Assembly (NCBI GenBank): GCA_043817315.1
Contig: JBDRGY010000004.1
Coordinates: 64,797 to 128,796, forward strand
Direction: 5' to 3'
Length of the DNA: 64,000 bases
Source: Patescibacteria group bacterium
Lineage (GTDB): Bacteria; Patescibacteriota; Patescibacteriia; JBDRGY01
Shown in pieces: positions 28,677 through 37,979 of this stretch. The translations under genes were made by a program, and so were the position numbers. The notes under the pieces are model-generated. The model was not told the DNA's origin, did no database searches, and worked only from the letters and a program-made list of their open reading frames with translations. How positions within the stretch are numbered: position 1 is the stretch's first letter; every line of letters begins with the position of its first letter.

Positions 28677-29562
28677 AGGTCTTATCTTAGTCTTAACCAC
28701 GGCGATCATCTCCGGCTTTTCTATTTACTTCAACAAGTTTGCCATCAAGATGAATTCACCGTATATTTTTGCCGGTTTGAAAAATCTAATAGTGGGCATA
28801 TTTTTTATCGCCTTGACCACAGGGGTCGGTCAATTAGTGGAATTCCGTAAATTGAAGAAGCAAGATTGGTTAAAGCTTGTACTGATCGGCTTGATCGGCG
28901 GTTCCATTCCCTTTCTGCTATTTTTTCAAGGCCTATCCATGACCACAGCTGCTTCAGCCTCATTTATTCACAAAACAATGTTTCTATGGGTGGGGTTGCT
29001 GGCCATTTGGTTTCTAAAAGAGAAATTAAACAAGAATCTGTGGATAGCCATCCTGTCCATCTTGGTCGGTAACGTCTTGCTGCTCAAGATGCAAAATATC
29101 AGTTTAAACTGGGGCGATGGTTTAATTTTGTTGGCCACTTTATTTTGGGCCGCGGAGATCACTTATTCTAAAAAAGTACTTACCAAGTTATCACCCAGAA
29201 TGGTCAGCTTTGGCCGCATGTTCTTCGGCAGTTTGTTTATTCTGGCCTTTTTGGCAGTCACTGGCCAACTAACTTTAATTGGCAGCTTAAGTACGGCTCA
29301 ATGGGGTTGGGTGATGTTTACCTCGGTGTTTTTAATCGGCTACGTGGGTACTTTTTATCACGGTTTGAAATGGGTCAAAGCTTCTACAGCTACTGCCATT
29401 TTAGCCTTGGGTGCGCCCATTACAGCAGTCTTACAGGCTATCTTCAGCCACCAAATATTGATAAACATGCAGTGGCTGGGCCTGGGTCTGATCGGTTTAG
29501 GTACAGCCTTTTTTATTGTTCAACAAATTAAGACAAACGGATGGAAGTTACCCAACAACTAA
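28666..29562 (+). CDS. DMT/EamA family transporter
   Basis: 10 TM, two EamA repeats, FLKEKL. Confidence 0.88.
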   Translation: MKNKGLILVLTTAIISGFSIYFNKFAIKMNSPYIFAGLKNLIVGIFFIALTTGVGQLVEFRKLKKQDWLKLVLIGLIGGSIPFLLFFQGLSMTTAASASFIHKTMFLWVGLLAIWFLKEKLNKNLWIAILSILVGNVLLLKMQNISLNWGDGLILLATLFWAAEITYSKKVLTKLSPRMVSFGRMFFGSLFILAFLAVTGQLTLIGSLSTAQWGWVMFTSVFLIGYVGTFYHGLKWVKASTATAILALGAPITAVLQAIFSHQILINMQWLGLGLIGLGTAFFIVQQIKTNGWKLPNN

Positions 29563-30317
29563 TTAAAAATTTAGCCCGAGCGCGTCTATCCGCTTATCCG
29601 AATTTTGAAAAGATTGAACTGGATCCTGCGGCAATGGTTATTTTAACCCGTTTGTTTTTGAATCCCGACTGCATTTCCGACATTGATTTGGGGAAGCTAA
29701 CCACCCAAGCCACTGTTAAGTTGTGTGATTTAGCCAAGCATATTGTAACAGCCGCACCGGTGACCATTGCCCAATACTGCGAGCAACACAACAAGTTGCT
29801 GGTAACGGAAAAAGACATGATTCTCTGTTTCGGTTTGGATCATATTGATTCGGTTTTTAGGAACAAAGTGCATGAGTCGGACAATCCCCAAGTGGCTCTG
29901 GCCCACATCCTGACTGCCGGCAAAGTAAAATCAATTAAAAAAAATTTAGTAACCATGATTGTTCAGCTGGGTGAAGAAAAATCAGTCGAGCTGAAAAATG
30001 TCCTGATTCCCCGGGAGCTGACTATCAAAAAAGGCCAGACAGTTTGGCAGCATTACGGGGTGGTCATCGAAAAAGCGGAAGGCGATCTGGCGGAACAAGT
30101 CCGTTTTGGCCAGAAAGAAATCGGCTATTTCCAGAAAATACTGGGCCAAAACAACAAGAAAGTGATTGATTTCTCCGACCGTTCCATTTTCCAAAAAGAT
30201 CTTATTGGCGCTATTTTGTCCGAAGAAAGAGCCCTCAAGGCCAAAAAAAGTTTCAATGCCAAAAAGAAATTGGTTACCAATATTGATAAAGATATTAAGT
30301 TTGCCCAAGATGCCTAA
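29541..30317 (+). CDS. Hypothetical protein in hydrogenase cluster (possible HypC-like beta domain, VWQHYG)
   Basis: Overlapping ORF in operon; C-terminal KKGQTVWQHYGVVIE resembles HypC G..V.VH.G. Confidence 0.6.
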   Translation: MEVTQQLIKNLARARLSAYPNFEKIELDPAAMVILTRLFLNPDCISDIDLGKLTTQATVKLCDLAKHIVTAAPVTIAQYCEQHNKLLVTEKDMILCFGLDHIDSVFRNKVHESDNPQVALAHILTAGKVKSIKKNLVTMIVQLGEEKSVELKNVLIPRELTIKKGQTVWQHYGVVIEKAEGDLAEQVRFGQKEIGYFQKILGQNNKKVIDFSDRSIFQKDLIGAILSEERALKAKKSFNAKKKLVTNIDKDIKFAQDA

Positions 30318-31098
30318 GAAGAAACCAGTTGTTGCCCTAGTCTCTCTATCCTGTTGCGAAGGATGTCTCTTTGCTATCTTCGATTTGCACGAGAGGTTTT
30401 TCAGTTTAGTCAAAGACTACGCCGAGATAGGGGAGTCGCAAATTACCCGCGAAACTTTCGGTAAAGGACCGTATGACATTGCTATCGTGGAAGGCACTCC
30501 CATTACCAAAGGCAACATCCAAGTTCTCAAAGAAGTCAGAAAACGTTCTAAAATATTAATTGCTTTGGGTGATTGTGCCACTCATGGTTGTGTTCAGTCT
30601 ATAAAAAACTACGTTGATAAAGAAAAAGCCATTAAGCACGTTTATAAAGACAGAAAGGGCATTGATAACCCGGATATCAAACCGATTAAAGACTTTGTTA
30701 AAGTAGATTATGAAATCCTGGGTTGCCCGGTTAACGCCGAAGAATTTATGGAAGCCTTCTTAGAATTAAGAGAAGGCCGGATGCCCAAGGCCCCAACCCC
30801 GCGTTCGGTTTGTTATGAATGCCAGGAAAGAGAAATTGAGTGTCTATTACAGCAAGGTGAAGCGTGTTTGGGTCCGGCTATCATTGGTGGCTGCGGTGCT
30901 ACTTGCCCCGAAGCCAAATATCGCTGCGAAGGCTGCCGCGGTGTGATCAAAGATAATCCAGGCTTACTAAATTTTGTTAAGCAACTGAAAAAAGTAGCTA
31001 CTCAAAAAGAGATAAATCATATATTAGAGAAGTTTGGGATTAGAAAAGAGTGGGAGGAAGAAATTAATAAAAGAAAGGAGAAAAAAAATGAAATATGA
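30310..31098 (+). CDS. NiFe hydrogenase small (delta) subunit
   Basis: SCCEGC, VEG, ALGDCATHG, GCP, VCYEC, CLGP...GC...CP...CEGCRG; start moved to ATG 30310. Confidence 0.92.
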   Translation: MPKKKPVVALVSLSCCEGCLFAIFDLHERFFSLVKDYAEIGESQITRETFGKGPYDIAIVEGTPITKGNIQVLKEVRKRSKILIALGDCATHGCVQSIKNYVDKEKAIKHVYKDRKGIDNPDIKPIKDFVKVDYEILGCPVNAEEFMEAFLELREGRMPKAPTPRSVCYECQEREIECLLQQGEACLGPAIIGGCGATCPEAKYRCEGCRGVIKDNPGLLNFVKQLKKVATQKEINHILEKFGIRKEWEEEINKRKEKKNEI

Positions 31099-31303
31099 CT
31101 GGAAAAATTGTTATAATTTATTTAAACCGATAAACACCCCGATATATTTGGGATTGGGTGTTATTTTTTTTCTGATCAGTCAAATACTGTTTATTCCTAT
31201 TTTTTTCTTCTTATCATTTTTTTTGGTATTTTTTGGATTTATTTCCCTTATATTAAATTTATTAGTTTTTCTATTTAGGGAGCGCAAGGTTAAAAAGAAG
31301 TAA
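31088..31303 (+). CDS. Small 2-TM membrane protein
   Basis: Phe/Leu-rich helices; overlaps upstream stop. Confidence 0.55.
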   Translation: MKYDWKNCYNLFKPINTPIYLGLGVIFFLISQILFIPIFFFLSFFLVFFGFISLILNLLVFLFRERKVKKK

Positions 31304-31318
31304 TTAATTTCTTATTTT

Positions 31319-32632
31319 ATGACCAACCAACCAAAAGGGAAAAGTCTGGTCGCTACGATCATAATTGTGGTTGCTTTGATTGCTATCGGCGTCGGTATTT
31401 ATCTCATTGACCAAAGCCGAACCAATGAAAACAGCAACAGCAACACTAACAACAACACTAACACTGCTGTAGTTACTAAGATTGACGATTCCCAAGCCAC
31501 TCCGGCCATGGTGGAAGAAGTAGTTGCAGGCATCAACGATTTTACTTTTGATCTTTATGCAAAACTTCAGGAGGAAGAGGGCAATCTTTTTTTCTCCCCC
31601 TACAGTATCTCTACCTGTTTAGCTATGACTTATGAAGGGGCTGAAGGCCAGACTGCCACTGAAATGCAAAAAGTCTTTAATTTCCCGACCGATGATACCA
31701 CCCGACAAGCCGGCTATGCTAGTATCTATAATGAAATAAACAAAGAAGACAAGGAATACACTCTAAGCACAGCCAACGCCCTCTGGGCTCAATTAGATTT
31801 CACTTTTCTAGATAAATATTTTGATCTGGTTGGAAAATACTATGGTGGCCGGGTTACCAATCTTGATTTTATTGACGACACCGAAAATTCCCGTGTCACT
31901 ATTAACGACTGGGTGGAAGATCAGACTAACGGTAAAATCACCGATCTGATTGCTCGCGGCGCAGTGGGTCCAGCCACCAGACTGGTTTTGACTAATGCTA
32001 TCTATTTTTACGGGGAATGGCTTAAGGAATTCCAGGAAGAAGATACCGAAGATGACGATTTTAGATTGACTCCAGAAAATACGATTCAGATTCCCATGAT
32101 GAAGAAAACCGGTACCAGTTTTAACTACGCTGAAAATGACCAATTGGAGCTACTAGAATTACCTTACAAAGGCGAAGAGCTGTCTATGATTTTCCTTCTT
32201 CCTCAAAATGATGACCTGTCCGGACTGCAGGAAACCTTAAGCGATGAACAGTTAATCGCTTGGAAAGATGACTTATTCAAGCAAAAAGTAAATATTTATA
32301 TACCCAAGTTTAAATTTGAAAAAAGTATTTCTCTAACTAATACATTGAAAGAAATGGGTATGCCCACCGCTTTCAATCGGGTCTTTGCCGATTTTTCCCA
32401 GATGAGTGAAGAAGAGCCATTGATGATAACAGACGTTGTTCATAAGGCCTTTGTAGAGGTCAATGAGAAGGGAACGGAAGCAGCGGCAGCAACCGGGACT
32501 ACGATAGGTATAGCAACCTCTGTTGAGCCACCTACTCCAGTTTTCCGGGCTGATCATCCTTTCCTCTTCCTGATTCAGCAGACTGACACTGGCAACATTC
32601 TGTTCCTGGGCCGGGTGTCAGATCCTCGTTAA
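31319..32632 (+). CDS. Membrane-anchored serpin
   Basis: NLFFSPYSI, ANALW, IN.WV...T.GKI, NAIYF.G.W, EKGTEAAAAT hinge, FRADHPFLF, ILFLGRV.DP. Confidence 0.95.
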   Translation: MTNQPKGKSLVATIIIVVALIAIGVGIYLIDQSRTNENSNSNTNNNTNTAVVTKIDDSQATPAMVEEVVAGINDFTFDLYAKLQEEEGNLFFSPYSISTCLAMTYEGAEGQTATEMQKVFNFPTDDTTRQAGYASIYNEINKEDKEYTLSTANALWAQLDFTFLDKYFDLVGKYYGGRVTNLDFIDDTENSRVTINDWVEDQTNGKITDLIARGAVGPATRLVLTNAIYFYGEWLKEFQEEDTEDDDFRLTPENTIQIPMMKKTGTSFNYAENDQLELLELPYKGEELSMIFLLPQNDDLSGLQETLSDEQLIAWKDDLFKQKVNIYIPKFKFEKSISLTNTLKEMGMPTAFNRVFADFSQMSEEEPLMITDVVHKAFVEVNEKGTEAAAATGTTIGIATSVEPPTPVFRADHPFLFLIQQTDTGNILFLGRVSDPR

Positions 32633-32647
32633 TTATTTCATAAAAAT

Positions 32648-34390
32648 ATGACTAGTAAACTCAAAAAAAACAGCAAGGTAATAATTATTGTCACTGTGGT
32701 TATTGTTGTTTTGGTCGGAGGGGCAATTTATTTGTTAAGTCGAAAAACGGAAACTGCTGAAGAAATTGTTAATTCCGTAGCCATTGTCAACGAAACTATA
32801 AATACTAATGATAATCTTAACAATCAATCTGTAAATCTGAACACCAACCAAGCGTTGAATCAAAATACCAATCAAGCGGTAAGTGCTTCCAGTCAATATC
32901 CGGCCAATGATTGGGCGGTCTATAATGATGTAAATTATGATTATTCATTGATGTATCCGGCAGACTGGACGGATGAAAGAGCAGCCGTTGCTTCGGCAGT
33001 AGAGATTAATTCAAATGTTCTTAATACAAATTCTGATGTGTATTTTGAGCAATATTTTATGGATCAAGGTGAAAAATATGGAGAATTTATTATTGTCGAG
33101 GGATCAAATTGGACCCCATCCCTAAAAGGCAATTGGAGTTCCCAAGAATCAGAAATGGAAGTGGGGGGAATAGCAGCAACCAAAACAATTTACACCCCTA
33201 CCGACTTAGAAGAATGGGATACTAATCCTGGCACCAAGACCAAAATAGTTTTTACTGAACCGTTGCCGATCGATAAGACTATTGAAATCGGCCTGGAGAA
33301 TAAAAATAACAGCCAGATTACAGCCGATGTGCTAGCCGGCATATTATCCTCTTTTCAGTTTGATTATCGATTCCCAGCCGTTAGTTCCTTTTGGATCAGG
33401 ACTCTCGGGGATGTTGAAACAGGTTCAAGTTTAGGCACCTTTGATTTAACTACTGGTGAAATTATAGAGTCAAGAGTCTATCCAACTCAAACTATGTTTT
33501 CTTTCAATATTATTCCCAATCCTGAAGCGGGCAAAGTTGCATACTACCAATACAACAGTGAAGAAGAGTCGTACGATATTATTTTGTCAGATACCAAAGG
33601 ATTGGAAGATAAAATTATTGCTAATGGAGTTGTCTGTGTAGATGGTCCTTGTGATTTTGAGAATGCAGTGGCTCTAGGAGAATTATCTAAGGATGGAAAC
33701 TACTTTTCTTATTTTGATCACAATGAAGTTAAAGTGCAGAATTTGATAACCGATGAGGTTACTGTATTGCCTGATTCTTATTCAACAAGCACCAGTTTTT
33801 CACCTATGGGTAATTATATTTTTTCTAGATGGCAAAGAGAATATGACTCTGCTATTCAATACAGCAAAATTTCAGATATAAGTACGACCAAAATTGAAGG
33901 AACAGAATGGAATACAGCTTTTTCTTTTAATGAAAAATATTTAGCTTCGTCTAAGCAACAATATGATTCAGAAACAGAGGGTCATTCTGTAGATATTTAT
34001 CTTTACAACGTACTCACGGGTGATCTGGTTGATCAAATGACCATAGCTGATTATTCACAAACAGGAACAACTAATCTGGCCTGGTTGACCAATGACCGGT
34101 TCGTAGTACTTGCCGAAAAGGATAATTCGACTAAAGAAGCTTTTTTGATAGAAATTATTAATAATAAAATGGTAAGAAGAAGTTTGTCTACTAGTACGGG
34201 AGAGAAGGTAAAGGGGGAGAGAATTTTCCGTATAGACTCAGATAGCGTGTTGCTAGACTACATGGTCGATAATAAATATTCCATATATTCTTACGATATA
34301 AACGGTGATAAGGAAATAATATTTGAAGACGTTACTGATGGTGAAAAATGGTATTCTTATAAATACTATCTTCTGGGTCCAAACGATTAA
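32648..34390 (+). CDS. Single-TM surface protein (Asn linker, PsbP-like domain, beta-propeller-like C-terminus)
   Basis: TM, N-rich linker, W..Y....Y.YS..YP.DW...SSFQF, later FSP/AWL repeats. Confidence 0.7.
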   Translation: MTSKLKKNSKVIIIVTVVIVVLVGGAIYLLSRKTETAEEIVNSVAIVNETINTNDNLNNQSVNLNTNQALNQNTNQAVSASSQYPANDWAVYNDVNYDYSLMYPADWTDERAAVASAVEINSNVLNTNSDVYFEQYFMDQGEKYGEFIIVEGSNWTPSLKGNWSSQESEMEVGGIAATKTIYTPTDLEEWDTNPGTKTKIVFTEPLPIDKTIEIGLENKNNSQITADVLAGILSSFQFDYRFPAVSSFWIRTLGDVETGSSLGTFDLTTGEIIESRVYPTQTMFSFNIIPNPEAGKVAYYQYNSEEESYDIILSDTKGLEDKIIANGVVCVDGPCDFENAVALGELSKDGNYFSYFDHNEVKVQNLITDEVTVLPDSYSTSTSFSPMGNYIFSRWQREYDSAIQYSKISDISTTKIEGTEWNTAFSFNEKYLASSKQQYDSETEGHSVDIYLYNVLTGDLVDQMTIADYSQTGTTNLAWLTNDRFVVLAEKDNSTKEAFLIEIINNKMVRRSLSTSTGEKVKGERIFRIDSDSVLLDYMVDNKYSIYSYDINGDKEIIFEDVTDGEKWYSYKYYLLGPND

Positions 34391-34408
34391 GAATTTATAA
34401 AAAATATT

Positions 34409-35506
34409 ATGAATGAACAACAACCAGCCAGCAAAAACAACAAATCAATAATTATCATTGTCATTGTGGTAGTGGTGCTGGCTTTGGGATTCGGGGTGTA
34501 CTTTTATTTTTTCCGGGCAGATGAAACTAACGAGAATGCTAATACCAACACCAATACAGTAGCCAACCAAAATCAAAATATAAATCAGAATGTTAACGCC
34601 AGCTTGCCAGCTTTTACCAAAACTTGTGATTACGACACGGACTGTGAATTAAGACTAGGCTGTACAGAAGCTGATTGTTATAACGTAGCTGCAGCAGAAG
34701 TTCTTTATGATTGTGACAAGACGTTAAACCCCATAGTAACTGACAATCTGTCATGCGTTTGTGCTGAAAAAGAATGTACGGTTTCAGAAGAAGAGGAGAC
34801 AACCAATACCAATCAAAACGCCAACACTAATCAGTCAGTCAATGCTAATACCAATCAAGATGTGGAAGCCACTGGCTCGACAACAACACCAATAGATTCT
34901 ACCTGGAATCTATACACCAATAATGATCTGGGGTTTTCTATCAATATTCCGGTTGAAGCTTATTTCTATTACGCTTCCTGTGACTGGCGAGATGATTCTT
35001 ACCGGCCAGGGAGTGGTATGGTACCGGTCAGTACTTTTGCCACAGATGACTCAGTATATATCAATCAAGAATATTTATATGAACTAGGCGGAGCAACCGA
35101 GGTTGGTGGTATAACTAATTATTCTGAATGCAACCGGGTGGAAAATTCGGTTTCCCGTTTATCGTCAGAAATTCGCACCTGGAACATTAAAGTAGCCACA
35201 GTGGAAGATGAAGTTGTCTTGGAAGATTTTATCAATGATACTTTCGGCGAAGGTGGTTGTAGTCTAGGCGATCAAACTGCCTGGGAGCATCAAGATGGAG
35301 TTTATGAGGTTCGGATTGAAACTGATGGTTTAGACCCAGAAGAATCGCGTTGTTTTATTAATTACGCGGTAAATATTTTCTACTATCCGGCCGGCAATAA
35401 AGTAATGACTTGGGATTTAGGACAGGATATTTCTTTCCCAGCTGACAGTGCTGTCTCTGCCTTCTACGATACTGATATGACGAATAGTTTTCGATTTTTG
35501 GAATAA
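34409..35506 (+). CDS. Single-TM surface protein with 8-Cys module
   Basis: TM, Asn linkers, Cys module, W.LYTN..LGFSI.IP...SFRF. Confidence 0.75.
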   Translation: MNEQQPASKNNKSIIIIVIVVVVLALGFGVYFYFFRADETNENANTNTNTVANQNQNINQNVNASLPAFTKTCDYDTDCELRLGCTEADCYNVAAAEVLYDCDKTLNPIVTDNLSCVCAEKECTVSEEEETTNTNQNANTNQSVNANTNQDVEATGSTTTPIDSTWNLYTNNDLGFSINIPVEAYFYYASCDWRDDSYRPGSGMVPVSTFATDDSVYINQEYLYELGGATEVGGITNYSECNRVENSVSRLSSEIRTWNIKVATVEDEVVLEDFINDTFGEGGCSLGDQTAWEHQDGVYEVRIETDGLDPEESRCFINYAVNIFYYPAGNKVMTWDLGQDISFPADSAVSAFYDTDMTNSFRFLE

Positions 35507-35522
35507 TTAACCAAAAATATAT

Positions 35523-36341
35523 ATGAGTATGACCACCAAAGGATTCAACGCAGTTATCGGGGTGATTGTGGTCTTGGTTCTGGGTATCGGTGTAGCGGTT
35601 AGTTACTACGTCTATTACCAGAGTACTGAGGTTGAAGTAAATACCGTCGACACCAATACAACGGTAAATCAGAATACCAATACCAGTTTGCCAGCCGGAA
35701 CCAAAACTTGTAAGCACAACTTTGACTGTGAAGTAAAATATGATTGTGAACAATATGATTGTTATCATAAAGATGCACCACCCGAGTTTAAATGTGATCC
35801 TACCCTAGTGGATGTTCCCAGCTCATCAAATTATTACTGCGTTTGTGCCGAGAAGGAGTGTGCTTTAGTAGAAGAAGATGATGTCACAGCTGATTGGCAG
35901 ACGTATGCTAGCGAGGATTATGGCTATTCAATCAAATACCCAAACGATTGGCTAACGAACATGGAATACATCAATCAGAGCAATCTGTATTTATTAACTC
36001 AAGAAAGAAAACAAGACCTAGATGACGGAAGAATTGTTAGAGTTTTTGACGTAATGGTTAAAGTATATGGAACTGCTGTCGAACTTCCCCATAATTCTGA
36101 TGATCAATTGAATTTTGAAAATTGGATTGATCAGAAGGCTGATACCTGGGGTTTTATTAACCGAGAATCCGTACTGATTGATGGTATAACTGGTTATCAA
36201 GGAATTGGTTCTGGTGATGGAACTAGCTATATTAGTTATATTGAAAAGGATGGCTATATTTATGAAATTCAAACAGGTGATACTGATGTTCCAACAGAAA
36301 CAGAACAGTTAGTTATTGACTCTTTCCAATTCACTGACTAA
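35523..36341 (+). CDS. Single-TM surface protein with 8-Cys module and PsbP-like domain
   Basis: TM, Cys module, WQTY....GYSIKYP.DW...DSFQF. Confidence 0.75.
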   Translation: MSMTTKGFNAVIGVIVVLVLGIGVAVSYYVYYQSTEVEVNTVDTNTTVNQNTNTSLPAGTKTCKHNFDCEVKYDCEQYDCYHKDAPPEFKCDPTLVDVPSSSNYYCVCAEKECALVEEDDVTADWQTYASEDYGYSIKYPNDWLTNMEYINQSNLYLLTQERKQDLDDGRIVRVFDVMVKVYGTAVELPHNSDDQLNFENWIDQKADTWGFINRESVLIDGITGYQGIGSGDGTSYISYIEKDGYIYEIQTGDTDVPTETEQLVIDSFQFTD

Positions 36342-36349
36342 AAAAACCA

Positions 36350-37606
36350 ATGAAAATAAAAATTGACCACATCTGTAAAATAGAAGGACACGCTGATTTT
36401 ATCGCTGACATTGAACGTGGTGATGTTAAAACAGCGCGGTTTCGGACCCTGGAAGGCGCCCGCCTGATTGAGGGTATTCTGATTGGCCGCAAATACATCG
36501 AACCGACCATAATTACCCCCAGAATCTGCGGTATTTGCCCGGTAGTGCACAATTTAACCTCGACTAAGGCGATTGAGGCTTGTTTCGATATCGAGCCCAC
36601 AGAACAGGTTATTTTACTGCGAAAAATCTTAGAATTGGCCCAGTTTATCCATTCTCACGGCATTCATCTATTCTTCCTGACCTTGCCTGATTTCTTCAAG
36701 ATAAAAACAGAATTAAAGATGTTAGAAAAATTTCCTAAAGAAGCCCAGATGGCTATCCGGGTTCGTAATTTCGGAGTGGATCTGGTCAAAGTAATCGGCG
36801 GTCGGACCGTTCATCCAATTACCACAGAAATCGGCGGCATTAAGCGCCTGCCCGACCGCAAGGCCCTACACGAGATATTAAGCCGTTATGATTCAGTAAT
36901 GGAAGATGCCTTAGCTTTGGCTAAAGTGTTTGCCGGATTAGAATATCCAGAACTGTTCCGCAAACAGGACTACATGTCTTTACACAATTCTTCGGAATAC
37001 GCCATCTACGACGGCGATGTGATGTCATTGCACGGAACCAAAATTCCGGCCAGTAAATTCATGCACAGTATTGAAGAAGTGAAGCGACCTTATGAATTAA
37101 TCAAGCACGCCAAGTATCGTGGCGATTCCTATTTTGTAGGTGCCATTGCCCGAATAAATAACAACCAAAGTCAACTGAACCCAGTAGCTACAAAAGTGTT
37201 GCGCAGTAGCGGCCTCAAATTCCCTTCATATAACAATTTTCACAACATCATGTGCCAGGCCATTGAGTTAGTACACTGTCTCGAGGAATCTAAAAAGTTA
37301 CTAAACCAGTATTTTAAACAACGCAGTCAGAAGCTAAACGTACCGGTTAAGGTCAAAGCCGGCAGGGGAGTGGGAGCGGTTGAAGCACCGCGCGGTACTT
37401 TGTATCATTATTACGAAACGGACAAGAACGGTTTCATCACCGATTGTAATATTATTACCCCGACTGCCCAGCAAGTTCCCAACCTGGAACAGGATCTAAA
37501 AACCTGGATTCCCAATGTGATGCAGTTGGACGAGAAGACTAGAGTCCAGGAAATCCGCAAGTTGATTCGGGCTTATGACCCCTGCATGACTTGTGCTACT
37601 CATTAA
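36350..37606 (+). CDS. NiFe hydrogenase large (alpha) subunit, group 3b-related
   Basis: KIEGH, L1 RICGICP..H, EAPRG.L.H, L2 DPCMTCATH-stop. Confidence 0.95.
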   Translation: MKIKIDHICKIEGHADFIADIERGDVKTARFRTLEGARLIEGILIGRKYIEPTIITPRICGICPVVHNLTSTKAIEACFDIEPTEQVILLRKILELAQFIHSHGIHLFFLTLPDFFKIKTELKMLEKFPKEAQMAIRVRNFGVDLVKVIGGRTVHPITTEIGGIKRLPDRKALHEILSRYDSVMEDALALAKVFAGLEYPELFRKQDYMSLHNSSEYAIYDGDVMSLHGTKIPASKFMHSIEEVKRPYELIKHAKYRGDSYFVGAIARINNNQSQLNPVATKVLRSSGLKFPSYNNFHNIMCQAIELVHCLEESKKLLNQYFKQRSQKLNVPVKVKAGRGVGAVEAPRGTLYHYYETDKNGFITDCNIITPTAQQVPNLEQDLKTWIPNVMQLDEKTRVQEIRKLIRAYDPCMTCATH

Positions 37607-37612
37607 TAATCA

Positions 37613-37696
37613 TACCATTGCGATCCCGCGCCAGCGGGAGAAGCAATCCCGTTACTACACCGGGATCGCCACGCCCCTATGGGGCTCGCGATGGTA
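37613..37696. repeat. REP-like multi-hairpin palindromic element
   Basis: Terminal IR TACCATTGCGA/TCGCGATGGTA with internal CCCGC/GCGGG, GAAGCAATCCCG/CGGGATCGCC and GCCCC/GGGGC hairpins. Confidence 0.75.
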
Positions 37697-37709
37697 GGAA
37701 GAAAACAAT

Positions 37710-37964
37710 ATGCACGATTTAATGGCAGCTCAAGAGTTACTAAAAACAGCATTAGAAGTAGCTCGCGACAAAAAATTAAAGAAGATTACCAAGATTATTG
37801 TTGAGCTTGGCACTGTTATCGATCACGACGAAGAAATTACCGAGGAGAACATCAGTTTTAATCTAAAGAACCTCAGCGTCGGAACAGAGGCTGAGGGGGC
37901 TTCTGTTATTGTCCACAAAGTTGCCGGTAATCATTACATTCTCAAAGAGATCGAGGGTGACTAA
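37710..37964 (+). CDS. hypA: HypA-like nickel metallochaperone lacking Zn finger
   Basis: MHD start, I..I.VELG, GTEAEGA; no CxxC. Confidence 0.75.
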   Translation: MHDLMAAQELLKTALEVARDKKLKKITKIIVELGTVIDHDEEITEENISFNLKNLSVGTEAEGASVIVHKVAGNHYILKEIEGD

Positions 37965-37979
37965 TTACAATAGAATTAT

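Noticed and set aside
31419-35690. Asn/Thr-rich AAC/AAT repeats as contingency tandem repeats
   Set aside because: They are imperfect in-frame low-complexity stalk linkers, common in such surface proteins.
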